Of a stretch of 64,000 nt of DNA, positions 41,725 to 52,588 are shown piece after piece (the stretch's first letter is position 1; every line of letters starts with the position of its first letter). A program made the position numbers and the translations under genes. Origin of the DNA: a virus (lineage: Duplodnaviria; Caudoviricetes); the IMG/VR virus record IMGVR_UViG_2695420662_000003, positions 1 to 64,000 of that record. The stretch is one strand, 5' to 3'. The notes beneath the pieces were generated by a model that searched no databases, was not told the DNA's origin, and worked only from the letters and a program-made list of their open reading frames with translations.

Positions 41725-42837
41725 TTATATTAATTCTAATATTGCATCTAATGCTGCCATAGGTATAACTTCTACATTTGTAAAATCTGATATTTTATAT
41801 TCTGTAAGTATTTCTTGTAATTTTGCCATATCTAAATTAGCCATATTTGCCTTTATTTTATCTAGTTTTTCTTGTTTTTTCTCTGGATTATCCTCTTGTT
41901 TTTCTTTTTGTTCTATTACCTTATCTTCTAATTCTTTATTTTGTTTTTCTTTTTTACGCTCCAATTCCTCTACTGTAGATTCACCATGAAATATTTCAGA
42001 TTGTTTTCTTATAGCCTCTTCTAGCTCTTTTATTATTATATCTGAGTCTAATTCACATTTAGGAACTATATGCTTAAGATGGCTTTTAACATCTATTGCA
42101 TACTCTTCATCCCTAAATGTAACCATTCTTTTTTCTGACGCTATCTTCCCTATTTGTTTCATCTGTTTTGTAAATGCATCTTTTGCTGTTTTTAAATCCA
42201 CCATCTCTCTTTCCATATATGCGCACATTACTACGGCAACCTTATCTTTTATGGCATTATAATATTTGTTGTTTAGGTTCGAAGTTATTTGCTCATATTC
42301 TATATCTAATATTTGATCTGATTTATTTTTAGATTTTGTATGACCTATAAACCAAGGGCATATATTATAATCTCTTAATCTGAATAATGTACTTACAACC
42401 ATATCAACTACTTTATCTTCACCAGCTTGGTATCCTCCAAACGCTGATTTTATAGTGTCTGTTTTCTTATCCGGATACTTTCTATTATGTAATTCTATAA
42501 CTTTTCTTTCTGCAAGTCTAAAAACTTCATCCACCGAATCTATTCCTACTATTCTTAATTCGGGATAATCTTCATCTCTATAATCGCAAATAGTTTCTAT
42601 TATCTCTTCTAAATCATCCCAATCTACCGCTCTTTCATTGTATATTCCACCTATATGCTCTGGCTGTGGCTCTTGTCCTACTGTTATAAGTATATATCCT
42701 TCTGTTCCATATTTCTTCTTAGCTATTTCTGACACAGTTGTTGTCTTACCTATACCTCCAACTCCGTTTATTAAATATGAATAATTCGCTATATCTACTT
42801 TTACTTCTCTCATTTTTCCTATTCTTCTTCTAGTCAT
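41725..42837 (-). CDS. AAA_24/Sak4-like ATPase (recombination/annealing)
   Basis: GVGGIGKTT, IDSVDE, FGGY, FIGH. Confidence 0.82.
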   Translation of the reverse strand: MTRRRIGKMREVKVDIANYSYLINGVGGIGKTTTVSEIAKKKYGTEGYILITVGQEPQPEHIGGIYNERAVDWDDLEEIIETICDYRDEDYPELRIVGIDSVDEVFRLAERKVIELHNRKYPDKKTDTIKSAFGGYQAGEDKVVDMVVSTLFRLRDYNICPWFIGHTKSKNKSDQILDIEYEQITSNLNNKYYNAIKDKVAVVMCAYMEREMVDLKTAKDAFTKQMKQIGKIASEKRMVTFRDEEYAIDVKSHLKHIVPKCELDSDIIIKELEEAIRKQSEIFHGESTVEELERKKEKQNKELEDKVIEQKEKQEDNPEKKQEKLDKIKANMANLDMAKLQEILTEYKISDFTNVEVIPMAALDAILELI

Positions 42838-42964
42838 ATGTAATTCCTCCTATTTGCAAGCACGACCGCTTACTCCCTTTAAAATTATTTATTTTTTTAT
42901 CTTTATATGTACAGTTGAGGTTTTAGTGTGGTTATCCTCAAAACACATTCATATGTAATAAATC

Positions 42965-44200
42965 TTATCCGAATAACTTACTCATTAAATCTGCTTGATT
43001 ATTAACTTCTTGATTTGTTTCTTCTGTTTTGTCTTCTGTTGAATTATCTTCATCTTTAACATAATCAATCATTAAGTAGTCTTCTAATTCTTTTATAGGC
43101 ATAACCTCTTGTGAACCTTCTGGGTAAGCCTTTAAGTCAGGGCAAACAACTTTTAATTCCTGTATTCTATCACCGAATACCATACCTTTAGGTTTAAAGT
43201 CTTCCAACTTCTTCATATTTAACTTTATAGCCATTCTTTGACCATCAGTTAATTTACTTTCATCAAACTCTTCCATTTCTCTTCCGTTTATAACATTTAT
43301 ATCCATACCATTTTTATGTATATATTTTTTATTTGTTATCTTAAATGTTGATTTAACGAATTCTACTAACATTTGGTGATCTGCATTATCATCATCTGTT
43401 TTAGAATAATCAAATACTACTGTTAAAGGCATTAATTTATCTTCCTTTACCTTTGTATCTCTATTTTTAACTATATCCCATATGTACCCATTTACAAACA
43501 TTTTCTTACCTTTGGTATCATCATCTATACTATCTTTATCAAAGAATAAATCTATGTTTGCTTTTAATCCATTTTCAACTTCATCCTCAACAAACTCTAT
43601 GAAATTTGGTATGTATTGTAATGTAGTCTTTCCATTGTAGTAGTTAGGTTTTATTTGGCCTGAAACTCTAACTTTTTTACCTTCCATTAATTCTTTATTG
43701 TTTGCAAAGAAATCTATAACATCTTTTATATGTATGAACTCAAATCTATTTGTTGCTTGTTCTTTTATTTGTGCTGAATACTCAACTATCTTCTCTCTAT
43801 CTTCTTCTGTTTTTTCTTCTTCTTTCTTCATCTCATGATTTCTCTTTTTGAATACTAACTTAGTATATTCTTTCTTCTTTTCAAAATCAGTTTCAACGTC
43901 TACAACTATTTTTAAGAAATCTGCTGCATTACTCATTACATTCTCATCTGTTGTCATTGCATTCGGTATATCTGCTAATTCTCCGTCTTTAGTATATATC
44001 TTTACCGTATCAAATTGTTTTTCATGCATAAACTCTAAATTTAAGAATTGAGTATTTTGATTATCTTTAACTCCTACATTCGCTCTTGTTTTATACCACT
44101 TACCTTCACCTAATTGAGAAGTTGTCTTTATCTCTTTTCCAAAAGTTAAGTTTCCTACAAAGTTAAATCTTCCGTTTCTCGCCATTTTGTTGTTCGCCAT
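42965..44200 (-). CDS. Putative ssDNA-binding/replication protein
   Basis: OB-like FVGNL, KVRVSGQI segments, acidic C-terminal tail, position upstream of Sak4-like gene. Confidence 0.5.
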   Translation of the reverse strand: MANNKMARNGRFNFVGNLTFGKEIKTTSQLGEGKWYKTRANVGVKDNQNTQFLNLEFMHEKQFDTVKIYTKDGELADIPNAMTTDENVMSNAADFLKIVVDVETDFEKKKEYTKLVFKKRNHEMKKEEEKTEEDREKIVEYSAQIKEQATNRFEFIHIKDVIDFFANNKELMEGKKVRVSGQIKPNYYNGKTTLQYIPNFIEFVEDEVENGLKANIDLFFDKDSIDDDTKGKKMFVNGYIWDIVKNRDTKVKEDKLMPLTVVFDYSKTDDDNADHQMLVEFVKSTFKITNKKYIHKNGMDINVINGREMEEFDESKLTDGQRMAIKLNMKKLEDFKPKGMVFGDRIQELKVVCPDLKAYPEGSQEVMPIKELEDYLMIDYVKDEDNSTEDKTEETNQEVNNQADLMSKLFG

Positions 44201-44344
44201 AAATTCATTTCTCCTTTATGTACCTCCAAGCACCGTAAGAGGTACTTGTTATCAACTCGATAACCACCCGTTCAATTATTTAATTTTTAAAAGTGCTTTT
44301 TAATTCATTCATATGTACTTTTATAAGTTTTACCTTACTCTTTT

Positions 44345-44373
44345 ATAATATCATACTTTATCATACTTTTCAA
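44345..44373 (-). promoter_or_regulatory. sigmaA promoter of replication operon with direct-repeat half-sites
   Basis: TTGAAA-17-TATTAT; TATCATACTT twice. Confidence 0.7.
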
Positions 44374-44558
44374 CTATTATTTTTCATTTGCTTTGACTTT
44401 TTTAAAGCATTCTTCGCTGCATATTCTTTGTTCTAAGTTTATTTCAAATAAGTCTGTCAACCTAGTACAATTATTACAAGGTTCTTTCAAGTTTGTTACT
44501 ATATATCTCATTTATACCTCCCAATATGTATTTAAGTTATTAACTAACTTACAATTTA

Positions 44559-44587
44559 ATTATATATGATAAGTTCATACTAGTCAA
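44559..44587 (-). promoter_or_regulatory. sigmaA promoter with 15-bp operator
   Basis: TTGACT-17-TATAAT; TATGATAAGTTCATA at 44565-44579. Confidence 0.82.
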
Positions 44588-44635
44588 TACTTTTTATGAG
44601 ATTTTTATATTTTTAATCAACATGAAATTGACATT

Positions 44636-45257
44636 TTATTTACTTCTCAATTCTTTCAATCTATCTATTAATAAAATTAAATCATGCTTATGCAATTCTA
44701 TACTCCTATGAGTATAATGATTATTTTTATCTTCTTCCTCTATTGTGATTACTACAAAATCTTCATCCAAGTCTTCAGCATATAAAAATGTACCCATACC
44801 ATCTGATAACATAAACTTTTTCATATAATTCTCCTTAATTTTCTACTAATAAGTCACATACTGGTTTATCTAATACAGCTTGTATTTCATCTTGTAAACT
44901 ATATGGCTTTAAATCACTTTTTCCAAGTCCATAAAGAGTATCTCTAAATTTTTGATCACTTATCATATCATATACAGTTAAAACTTCATCTATGAAATCC
45001 ATAGTTTCTTCTAATTCGGCTCTTTTACCTATCCAGTAACCTTTGCTCCACATTCCATGTTTACTTAATTTATCTTCATTTTCATATTCTTTTATTCTAG
45101 ATTCAATTCTCTTATGTCTACGATGTAATTCACTTTTTCTACTTCTTAATAAGTTTTCAACTTGATTTTCTAACATTATTAAATCTCCCTTTAAAACATT
45201 TATTTTATTAACTTTTATATTTCTACTAAATCCATAGTTTATGTTAATTACTTGCAT
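44636..45257 (-). other. Two hypothetical ORFs (44636-44824, 44835-45257)
   Basis: Co-oriented; second probably starts at MLENQ. Confidence 0.6.
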
Positions 45258-45461
45258 ATTTTGTCTATTTGTTCGTAAACTAATATCAATAGGTATATAA
45301 GTTTTATTAAATCAACTATCATTACAGCACCTCCTAATCATACTATGTAATATATCTACTTACATTGTATCTTAGTCCTGTAACATTCTTACTCGCTTGT
45401 ACTGTAATTAATCTATACCTAATATCCTAAACCCAGTTTTAAATAAAAGTTATTTTTCATC

Positions 45462-46562
45462 TTAAAAATTTCTATTATATACAAATATTACTATACAACA
45501 ACTTATTAATATTACACCCATAATTACTTTTGAAACTGTTCTAGTTTCTATTTGTATGTAATCAAAGTCTTTAAATTGCTTTCTGTCAAACTTCTTTTCT
45601 ATCATATCAGAAATATCATCCATTACTTTTTCAAAGTTATTTAAATTATCTTGAGACATAATATACTCTCTTACATCTGTTTTTAATATTTCTACATCTG
45701 TCCAACTGAAAGCATAACACCAGGTTGGTTTATTATTCTTATCTGTTCCATATGTAACTATAAAATCATTCTTTGCACCATTTTTCCAATGATCTTGCAA
45801 TGCATATCCATAATCCTCAGTTTTATCTCCAAAGTTAACAAGCATTAAATTAACCTGTTTATATGATTTAACTTTATCTTTATTATTAGGATTACTTGTA
45901 TCGTTAAGTCTAGTGTTAACTTCATCTAAATATTCATTAACTTTGTCTTTATTCTTGAAATTCCCTATCGCCCTATCTACTGTTAAATTATCATTCTCTT
46001 TAACTGGATAGTCTGGCATGTTCTCAAAATCATTTAAATCTATGTCTTTATGCTTAAATATAGAATATGAAGCCTTTAATTTATTTTCATATGTATGTAC
46101 TGAAGCAGTTGGTTTTCCTATAGGATAATACTTCTCCAATTCCTTATTTGAGTTAACAAAATCATCCGTAAATTCTTTTCCATCTAGCGTTTCATAAACT
46201 TCTTCCTTACCTTTATCAGTGGTTATTATATAGTTTTCTGCATCATGATGTTGCCAGTATCCAGGTATCACCCTTGTTTTAGTTACCGTTTTACCGTCCG
46301 AGGTTGTTTCTGTATATTCTTCAGTTCTAGGAGGTATCCATTCATCCCATTCCTCAATATGTTCAACCTCAGTTATCTTACCTGACCATATTTCGTAGTC
46401 TGTTGTTTGTATGCTATAATCTATACCTATTATCACACCATAAGATACGGCTATAACCAAAGCACATATACCAACTACTTTTATATCAATTTCTTTCTCA
46501 ATTAAATATACTATAGAACTAAATATACCTAGCGCTACAATCCCAAATATTACATAAGACAT
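45462..46562 (-). CDS. Membrane protein with large extracytoplasmic domain
   Basis: Two N-terminal and one C-terminal TM segments; WKNGAKNDFIV..FSWT conserved-looking core. Confidence 0.75.
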   Translation of the reverse strand: MSYVIFGIVALGIFSSIVYLIEKEIDIKVVGICALVIAVSYGVIIGIDYSIQTTDYEIWSGKITEVEHIEEWDEWIPPRTEEYTETTSDGKTVTKTRVIPGYWQHHDAENYIITTDKGKEEVYETLDGKEFTDDFVNSNKELEKYYPIGKPTASVHTYENKLKASYSIFKHKDIDLNDFENMPDYPVKENDNLTVDRAIGNFKNKDKVNEYLDEVNTRLNDTSNPNNKDKVKSYKQVNLMLVNFGDKTEDYGYALQDHWKNGAKNDFIVTYGTDKNNKPTWCYAFSWTDVEILKTDVREYIMSQDNLNNFEKVMDDISDMIEKKFDRKQFKDFDYIQIETRTVSKVIMGVILISCCIVIFVYNRNF

Positions 46563-46564
46563 AT

Positions 46565-47113
46565 TTATTCACCTCTTAGGTTTATTTCATCTGATATACC
46601 TGCCTCAAATGTTTTCTCTGTTGAATCCGATGTTACTATGAACTTATCTGCATTCATTGCTTTTCTGTTTGTTATTGCTGCCATTATGAATTTTTTCTTA
46701 ATATATGTATTATACTCCCTTATCTTATCCGATATCGTTGCTTGATTCTTGTCAAATGTTTTTCTATTTGCTGACAATTCTCTTTGAAGCGTTGTGTATA
46801 CCGTTGAATCTAAATTTGGATTTGACTCATGAATAACCTTAAATAATAAGTTTGTATCTTGATTTCTACCTGATATTAAATCTGTATATATTCTCTCGAA
46901 ATCATCTGCATACATATCAGTTACTTGCACCATTTCTTTTGCGCTTTTCACCATACTATCGTAATTTGATTTATTTGCTATGTATTGAGCCTGAATTGAC
47001 TCTTCTAATTCTACTGCTACATTTCTATGACTTAATAATGTAAATCCGCTTACTAATCCTGAGATCGTTAAAGTTCCTGCTAAAACCAATCCTATTAAAC
47101 ATCCTTTTTTCAT
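46565..47113 (-). CDS. LemA-like membrane-anchored helical protein
   Basis: N-terminal TM, LEESIQAQY, LQRELSANR..IREYNTY pattern. Confidence 0.6.
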   Translation of the reverse strand: MKKGCLIGLVLAGTLTISGLVSGFTLLSHRNVAVELEESIQAQYIANKSNYDSMVKSAKEMVQVTDMYADDFERIYTDLISGRNQDTNLLFKVIHESNPNLDSTVYTTLQRELSANRKTFDKNQATISDKIREYNTYIKKKFIMAAITNRKAMNADKFIVTSDSTEKTFEAGISDEINLRGE

Positions 47114-47379
47114 AATATTCCTCCTATAAAATAATACTTTTATTTACTTTTAGTTATATTAAACATTATACTCATAAACTAATAATCTTTATCCTCTCTA
47201 TTTTCATATGAAATTCTCGCTATTTTAGATAAGCATTCCATGCATATAAAAATTTCACCATTGTAATCTTTATATACAGGTTTAAACCCTACGATAACTC
47301 TATCTATTTCTTCTTGATACTTCCCACACAAACTACATTTAAAAATATCATTTTTCATTTGATACCCCTTATAAAATTT

Positions 47380-47838
47380 TTATTTACTTACCCTAACACT
47401 TCCACCTGCATCTATATCACCAACTTGACCTCCTGCAACAACACAACTACCGCCACAGTCTATGTCTCCATTTACTTTACCTTCAACGGTGCAAGATCCT
47501 CCGCAATCTACTCCGCCTTCTACATCTCCATTAACTGTCATAGAACCTTCAGAATAAGCACCTTTGGATATATTGCCATTTATAGTAGCAGCACATTTAC
47601 AATCTAATTTATTTACGTCACCTTCTATAGTTATTGCAATCACTTCTTTATTTTCTAATTCTTTATCTTCGTACCTTTTACCATTTACATATAAAATTCC
47701 ATTATTTACTGATATATTTGCATTATTTGGTACTTTTATAGTTTTACCATTTATATTAACTTCTCCATTAGTCATAGATACTGAACTATTATTTCCCATT
47801 GATATGCAACTTCCAAAATTTACGTATTTACTAAACAT
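47380..47838 (-). CDS. Beta-helix repeat protein (bactofilin-like)
   Basis: Tandem G.V.G.[VI]D[CA]GGS..V repeats. Confidence 0.65.
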   Translation of the reverse strand: MFSKYVNFGSCISMGNNSSVSMTNGEVNINGKTIKVPNNANISVNNGILYVNGKRYEDKELENKEVIAITIEGDVNKLDCKCAATINGNISKGAYSEGSMTVNGDVEGGVDCGGSCTVEGKVNGDIDCGGSCVVAGGQVGDIDAGGSVRVSK

Positions 47839-48083
47839 AATTTAATCTCCTTTAATATTAATTTTTATATGTACTTACCACTTAAAAGTAAAATTTTATC
47901 CTATTCTAAATATTTATCTATATCTTTAAACATATCTTCATTCTTTGGAATTTCTTTAAACGTCGCTAAATATCTCTTATCTTCAAAATCCAATAATATT
48001 TTATTTCTATCGCAATAACTAGTACCACACCAAATATCTTGTAACATATTTAACATTCCACTTAACTTATGTACCATATTTAT

Positions 48084-50614
48084 CTATACCTCCATGTACT
48101 CTTCTATTGATATGAATGCTTGTTCAAATCCGTTATTATTTACTTCAACTTTTAAACACTCTACTTCAAAAGTTCTTGATACACAATAATCTTCATCTCC
48201 AAAGAATACATATGTATCATATTTATTCCCTTCTTTTAAATTAGTTAAGGTTCCAGTACTGTGAATATTTTTTATATTATATATTTCATTAAAGACTCTG
48301 TCCATTTCCCACATATTTTTGTTGTTAATCCAAGTTTTATATTTCATTTTGATTTCTCCTTTTATATGATAAAATTAAGATTTTATCTTGTTTCATCTAT
48401 AAGTTTATTTATTATTCTTTTATATGTTTCATTCTGCTGTGATAATATTTGTTTTACTTCATCCTTATCCCATAATGCCATTCTATTTATTAACTTCATA
48501 GTTTCTTTATTCAATTCATCTAACTTCTTATTTATAACGTGTTTTTCTAAATCGTTAATCATAAAAATACCTCCTTTTTAAAATTTTATTTAGTTTTTAC
48601 TATTCCATCAAAAATTCTTTATAGTTGGGAAGTTTTATATATCCTTCTTTTAAATTCTCATCTAGTAATCCACTCATTATTTCAAAAATTTTAATGTAAT
48701 TCAATGCATCTCTAATATTTCTCTTATATCCTTGAATTATTCCGACATTATAGTCTACTATGCAAAATATACTTCTTTTATTGCATTTAATCTCATATAT
48801 GCGATATATACCTTTGTCTGTAGCTATACCTTTTATAAACTTGCTTTTCACTTTATGCTTTTCAAGCTTTAAATCTTCTAATCTTATATTATACTCCGTA
48901 ACTCTTTGGAATTTCTTGTTTAAAAGCTCTCTATCTTTCTTATCCATTTTATACTCTCCTTTTAAAATTTTCATTTTATTTATATTATTTTCTTGTTCTT
49001 GTTTTTCCACATTTAGTGCATTTAAATCTTAAATATCCATTTCCTCGTTCAAGTAATACCCATCTATGAGAACAAAATAAACCCATACTATTCTCTCCTT
49101 CTATTTTCTTTTAAAATCTGTATTCTATCTGCTTTTAAAAATCACTTTTTACTATCCTCTCTATTTCATCCCAACTCGGAATATGATCTAATTCCTCATA
49201 TATTTTCGTAACTGGAGTTCCATACTTCCACCAATAAACTATCATTGCATAACTTTTCGGATGCTCCATTACTGAAAAGCTAATCCTCTTATTATCTATA
49301 TTTCTTATCCTAAAATCCCAAGTTGACAAATAAACATCTTCAATTTTATCATCTATTAAATAATGTCCTCTTCTAAATCCATGTCGCTCCATATATGGCA
49401 ATTTATACTTCTTATCTTGTTCTAATTGATGTTTATATCTAAAGTTTTCTATATAGTTGTCATATATGTGCATATCTTTTGCATAAATCATTCTTTACCT
49501 CTTAAACTTTCAATATGATTAATTATAGATTCTACCAATCCTATTTCTGTCTGTTTTACTATCGCATCCTCTACATCATCTATGTAGGTTTCTTCTATTT
49601 CGCTTTTTAAACTGTATAAATAATCAAGTACTTCGTTTATCATAATTCCCTCCAGATCCCAATAAAAGAACGATTTTATTCAATTTTTATTTTATATGTA
49701 CTTTACTACCAATTATTAACCCCCATCAATGCCACTATAATCCATGCTATTTGTGTAAATATTGACAATCCACCCATGCATGTTTTTATTATAGTTAAAG
49801 CACCCAATATATACATAATTATTTTCAATATTTTTAGTATATCTAATTTCATATGTACTTATTCTCCTTTATCAAATTCATATTTCATACCTGTATTTCC
49901 ACAACGCTTGTTCTGACAAATACATAAACTCTGATCTTCTCTAACTTTATCTTCAAATACTTTTACATTATTTGATTTGCATTTTCTACATCTAACCATT
50001 ACTTAACCCACCTAAATGTTGTTCTACCACACTTCTTACAAACATACAGACTATTCCCATAATGTAATTCTAAATCTTCTTCTGGGCATCCAAATAAATG
50101 AATCATCCAATAAACAAAACTCTTTAATTCTCTCATATGTACTCTACCTTTCAAATCTCTTTAATCTTTGAGTTTTAGACTTCCTATACTCAATAAAAAT
50201 CTCCTGTTCTTTTCTTGCTTTTGCAATCCTATCTTTCTTTTGTTTCTCCATAAAAGCGTTTACAAATTCATCTTTAGAAACTACTATATTCATTTTTTAT
50301 CCCCTTTTTCATATGTACTTAAGATTTAATTCATCTTATACTTATATTGTATGATAAGTTCATACCATTGTCAATCATTATTTTTAAAATTTTTATTAAA
50401 TTGTTGATGCCTTTATTTTTAGTTCACACTCTTTACATTCTCTATTTAGATTCTCTAATATTTTATCGATCATGTCAGTAGTGCCCCTAAATAGTTTATG
50501 TGTTGGTTTTTCTAAATCATTCGCCACAAACACAGATATAAGCCTACATTCCTCATATTCTCTAATTTGTCCTTTAATCTGTTTTAACTTGATTTCTAAT
50601 TCTTTTATATTCAT
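48084..50614 (-). other. Array of small hypothetical ORFs (48084-48347, 48600-49010, 49135-49491, 50396-50614 and many under 60 aa)
   Basis: Co-oriented micro-ORFs with RBS, several Cys-rich. Confidence 0.6.
50346..50374 (-). promoter_or_regulatory. sigmaA promoter with 15-bp operator
   Basis: TTGACA-17-TACAAT; TATGATAAGTTCATA at 50350-50364. Confidence 0.85.
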
Positions 50615-50773
50615 TTTTAATCTCCCTCATATGTACTAATTTAGAGTTCAGAAAACTCTATACTACCACCCATTTACATGAGTAGCAGCAACAACCTTCT
50701 GAACTTGTTGATAACCCGTAGTTATTCATTCAAGAGGATTGTAAGATTTTGTATGAGTATATCTTACATTTAT

Positions 50774-50802
50774 ATTATATGATTTTACTTTCTAAATATC
50801 AA
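50774..50802 (-). promoter_or_regulatory. sigmaA-type promoter
   Basis: TTGATA-17-TATAAT. Confidence 0.65.
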
Positions 50803-50822
50803 CTAATTTTTAAATATTTTGC

Positions 50823-51635
50823 TTATTTTTTCTTTGGATATGGATTGCCGCAGCACATATCTCCTTCTGGGCATTTACCAAATTGACATGATGCACCTAG
50901 CATTCTACTTAATAATGGAGATATCTCTTCTATTAAATCAACCATTCCCCATGCTAAATCATGAATTTCGCCCTGCGCCCTACGACAACATCTATGTTTG
51001 CAGAAGTTTATAAGAGTTCTAAGGTTCATAGTGCATATTATTTTAGTCTCACAGGCATTAGGTAATACTGATCTAGCATCCTCTATTGCCATTTTAATAA
51101 ATGATCTATATTTATCTTTGTATTTATCTTTCATAACATCTTCTAAAAGTTCTATAGGTGTATCTGGCGAATATATCTCTTTTTCTTCTACTAAATAATC
51201 ATATATAAAAAATTCTAATAATTCTCTCGATATACGTACGTAACTCTCGAAAGCATTATTCATCGCCTTCTCAAATTTTTGTTTAATATATTTTACTCCA
51301 CCTATTCTTTTAGGTACTACATACTCAAATGATTTATCTAAATTTACATAACGCTGCGATTGTTGCGAATATGATGCTATTCTATGTCTTACCAATTGAT
51401 GTGTAAGCGACCTAGACACTCCTTCTATTGCAAATGTAAATGAAACATGTTCTAATGGGCTTTCATGCCCCATTGATACTAACATATTTACAAATTTTTC
51501 TATTGCCTCTGGAGTCTGTTTTTCCATTAAATCCTTTATACTAGATGGCGAATAACATAACTTTCCCGCAACTGAGATTATTAATTCTGGATTCATTGTG
51601 TGACTTAATAATTTTATATTTAATTTAGTTTCCAT
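50823..51635 (-). CDS. thyX: FAD-dependent thymidylate synthase
   Basis: GHESPLEH, SRSLTHQLVRHRIASYSQQSQRY, EDARSVLP, MNLR, AQGEI. Confidence 0.96.
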   Translation of the reverse strand: METKLNIKLLSHTMNPELIISVAGKLCYSPSSIKDLMEKQTPEAIEKFVNMLVSMGHESPLEHVSFTFAIEGVSRSLTHQLVRHRIASYSQQSQRYVNLDKSFEYVVPKRIGGVKYIKQKFEKAMNNAFESYVRISRELLEFFIYDYLVEEKEIYSPDTPIELLEDVMKDKYKDKYRSFIKMAIEDARSVLPNACETKIICTMNLRTLINFCKHRCCRRAQGEIHDLAWGMVDLIEEISPLLSRMLGASCQFGKCPEGDMCCGNPYPKKK

Positions 51636-51654
51636 ATGTACTTATTCCCCTTTA

Positions 51655-52566
51655 TTATATATTATTTCTTTCTGCTATTTCTATTGTTTGTTCTATTAAA
51701 CTTAATACAGTCATTTGTCCAATTCCTCCTGGAACTGGCGTAATGGAACAATTCTTCTCAACCAATCTATCATAATCTGATTTAGATACATCCCCACACA
51801 TCTTACCATTTTCATCAAAGTTAATAGATATATCTATTATAGTTGTTCCAGGTTTAAAATCCTTTGATTTAAAGAAATTAGGTTTACCTATTGCAGTAAC
51901 TACAATATCCGAATTCCATACCTTATTCATTAAATCGTTTGTTTTACTATGTGCTATTGTAGGCGTAGCATCATTTTGTAACATAAGCATACTCAGTGGT
52001 TTACCTACGATATTACTTCTGTTTATGATTAATACATCCTTACCTTTAACGTCTATATTATTCTCTTTTAACAGTGTCATCACACCTTTTGGCGTACATG
52101 CTATATTACCATCTTGCCCAAGTATTAATTTCCCCATATTTTCACTTGTAAAGCCATCTACATCTTTTTTAGGATCTATTAAAGATGTTAAATAATCCTC
52201 GTCTAAGTGTTTAGGTAGTGGTAATTGCAGCAATATAGCAGTAACCCATGCATTATCATTTAATACTTTTATTTTATGTGCTATTTCCGATTGAGATATA
52301 TCTTCTCTTAGATGTATAATTTCTGATTCAATTCCAACTTCTTTACATTTATTTATCTTATTTGCAACATATTTACCTGATGCAAAATCATTTCCAACTC
52401 TAAGTATTACTAATTTCGGTTTTTTATTTAACTTACTAACTCTAACTTTTAACTCTTCTATTTTATCTTTTACTAATTCTTTCGCCTCTAATATCTTCCC
52501 TCTATTCATCACTGTCTCCTTATTTATATGTGCTGCTATATAATCTGTTGTTTGTATTTTCTTCAT
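51655..52566 (-). CDS. folD: Methylenetetrahydrofolate dehydrogenase/cyclohydrolase
   Basis: LLQLPLP, KDVDG, CTPKG, RSNIVGKP, GDV, ITPVPGGIGQMT. Confidence 0.95.
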   Translation of the reverse strand: MKKIQTTDYIAAHINKETVMNRGKILEAKELVKDKIEELKVRVSKLNKKPKLVILRVGNDFASGKYVANKINKCKEVGIESEIIHLREDISQSEIAHKIKVLNDNAWVTAILLQLPLPKHLDEDYLTSLIDPKKDVDGFTSENMGKLILGQDGNIACTPKGVMTLLKENNIDVKGKDVLIINRSNIVGKPLSMLMLQNDATPTIAHSKTNDLMNKVWNSDIVVTAIGKPNFFKSKDFKPGTTIIDISINFDENGKMCGDVSKSDYDRLVEKNCSITPVPGGIGQMTVLSLIEQTIEIAERNNI

Positions 52567-52588
52567 ATATAATCCTTACCGTTAAAAC

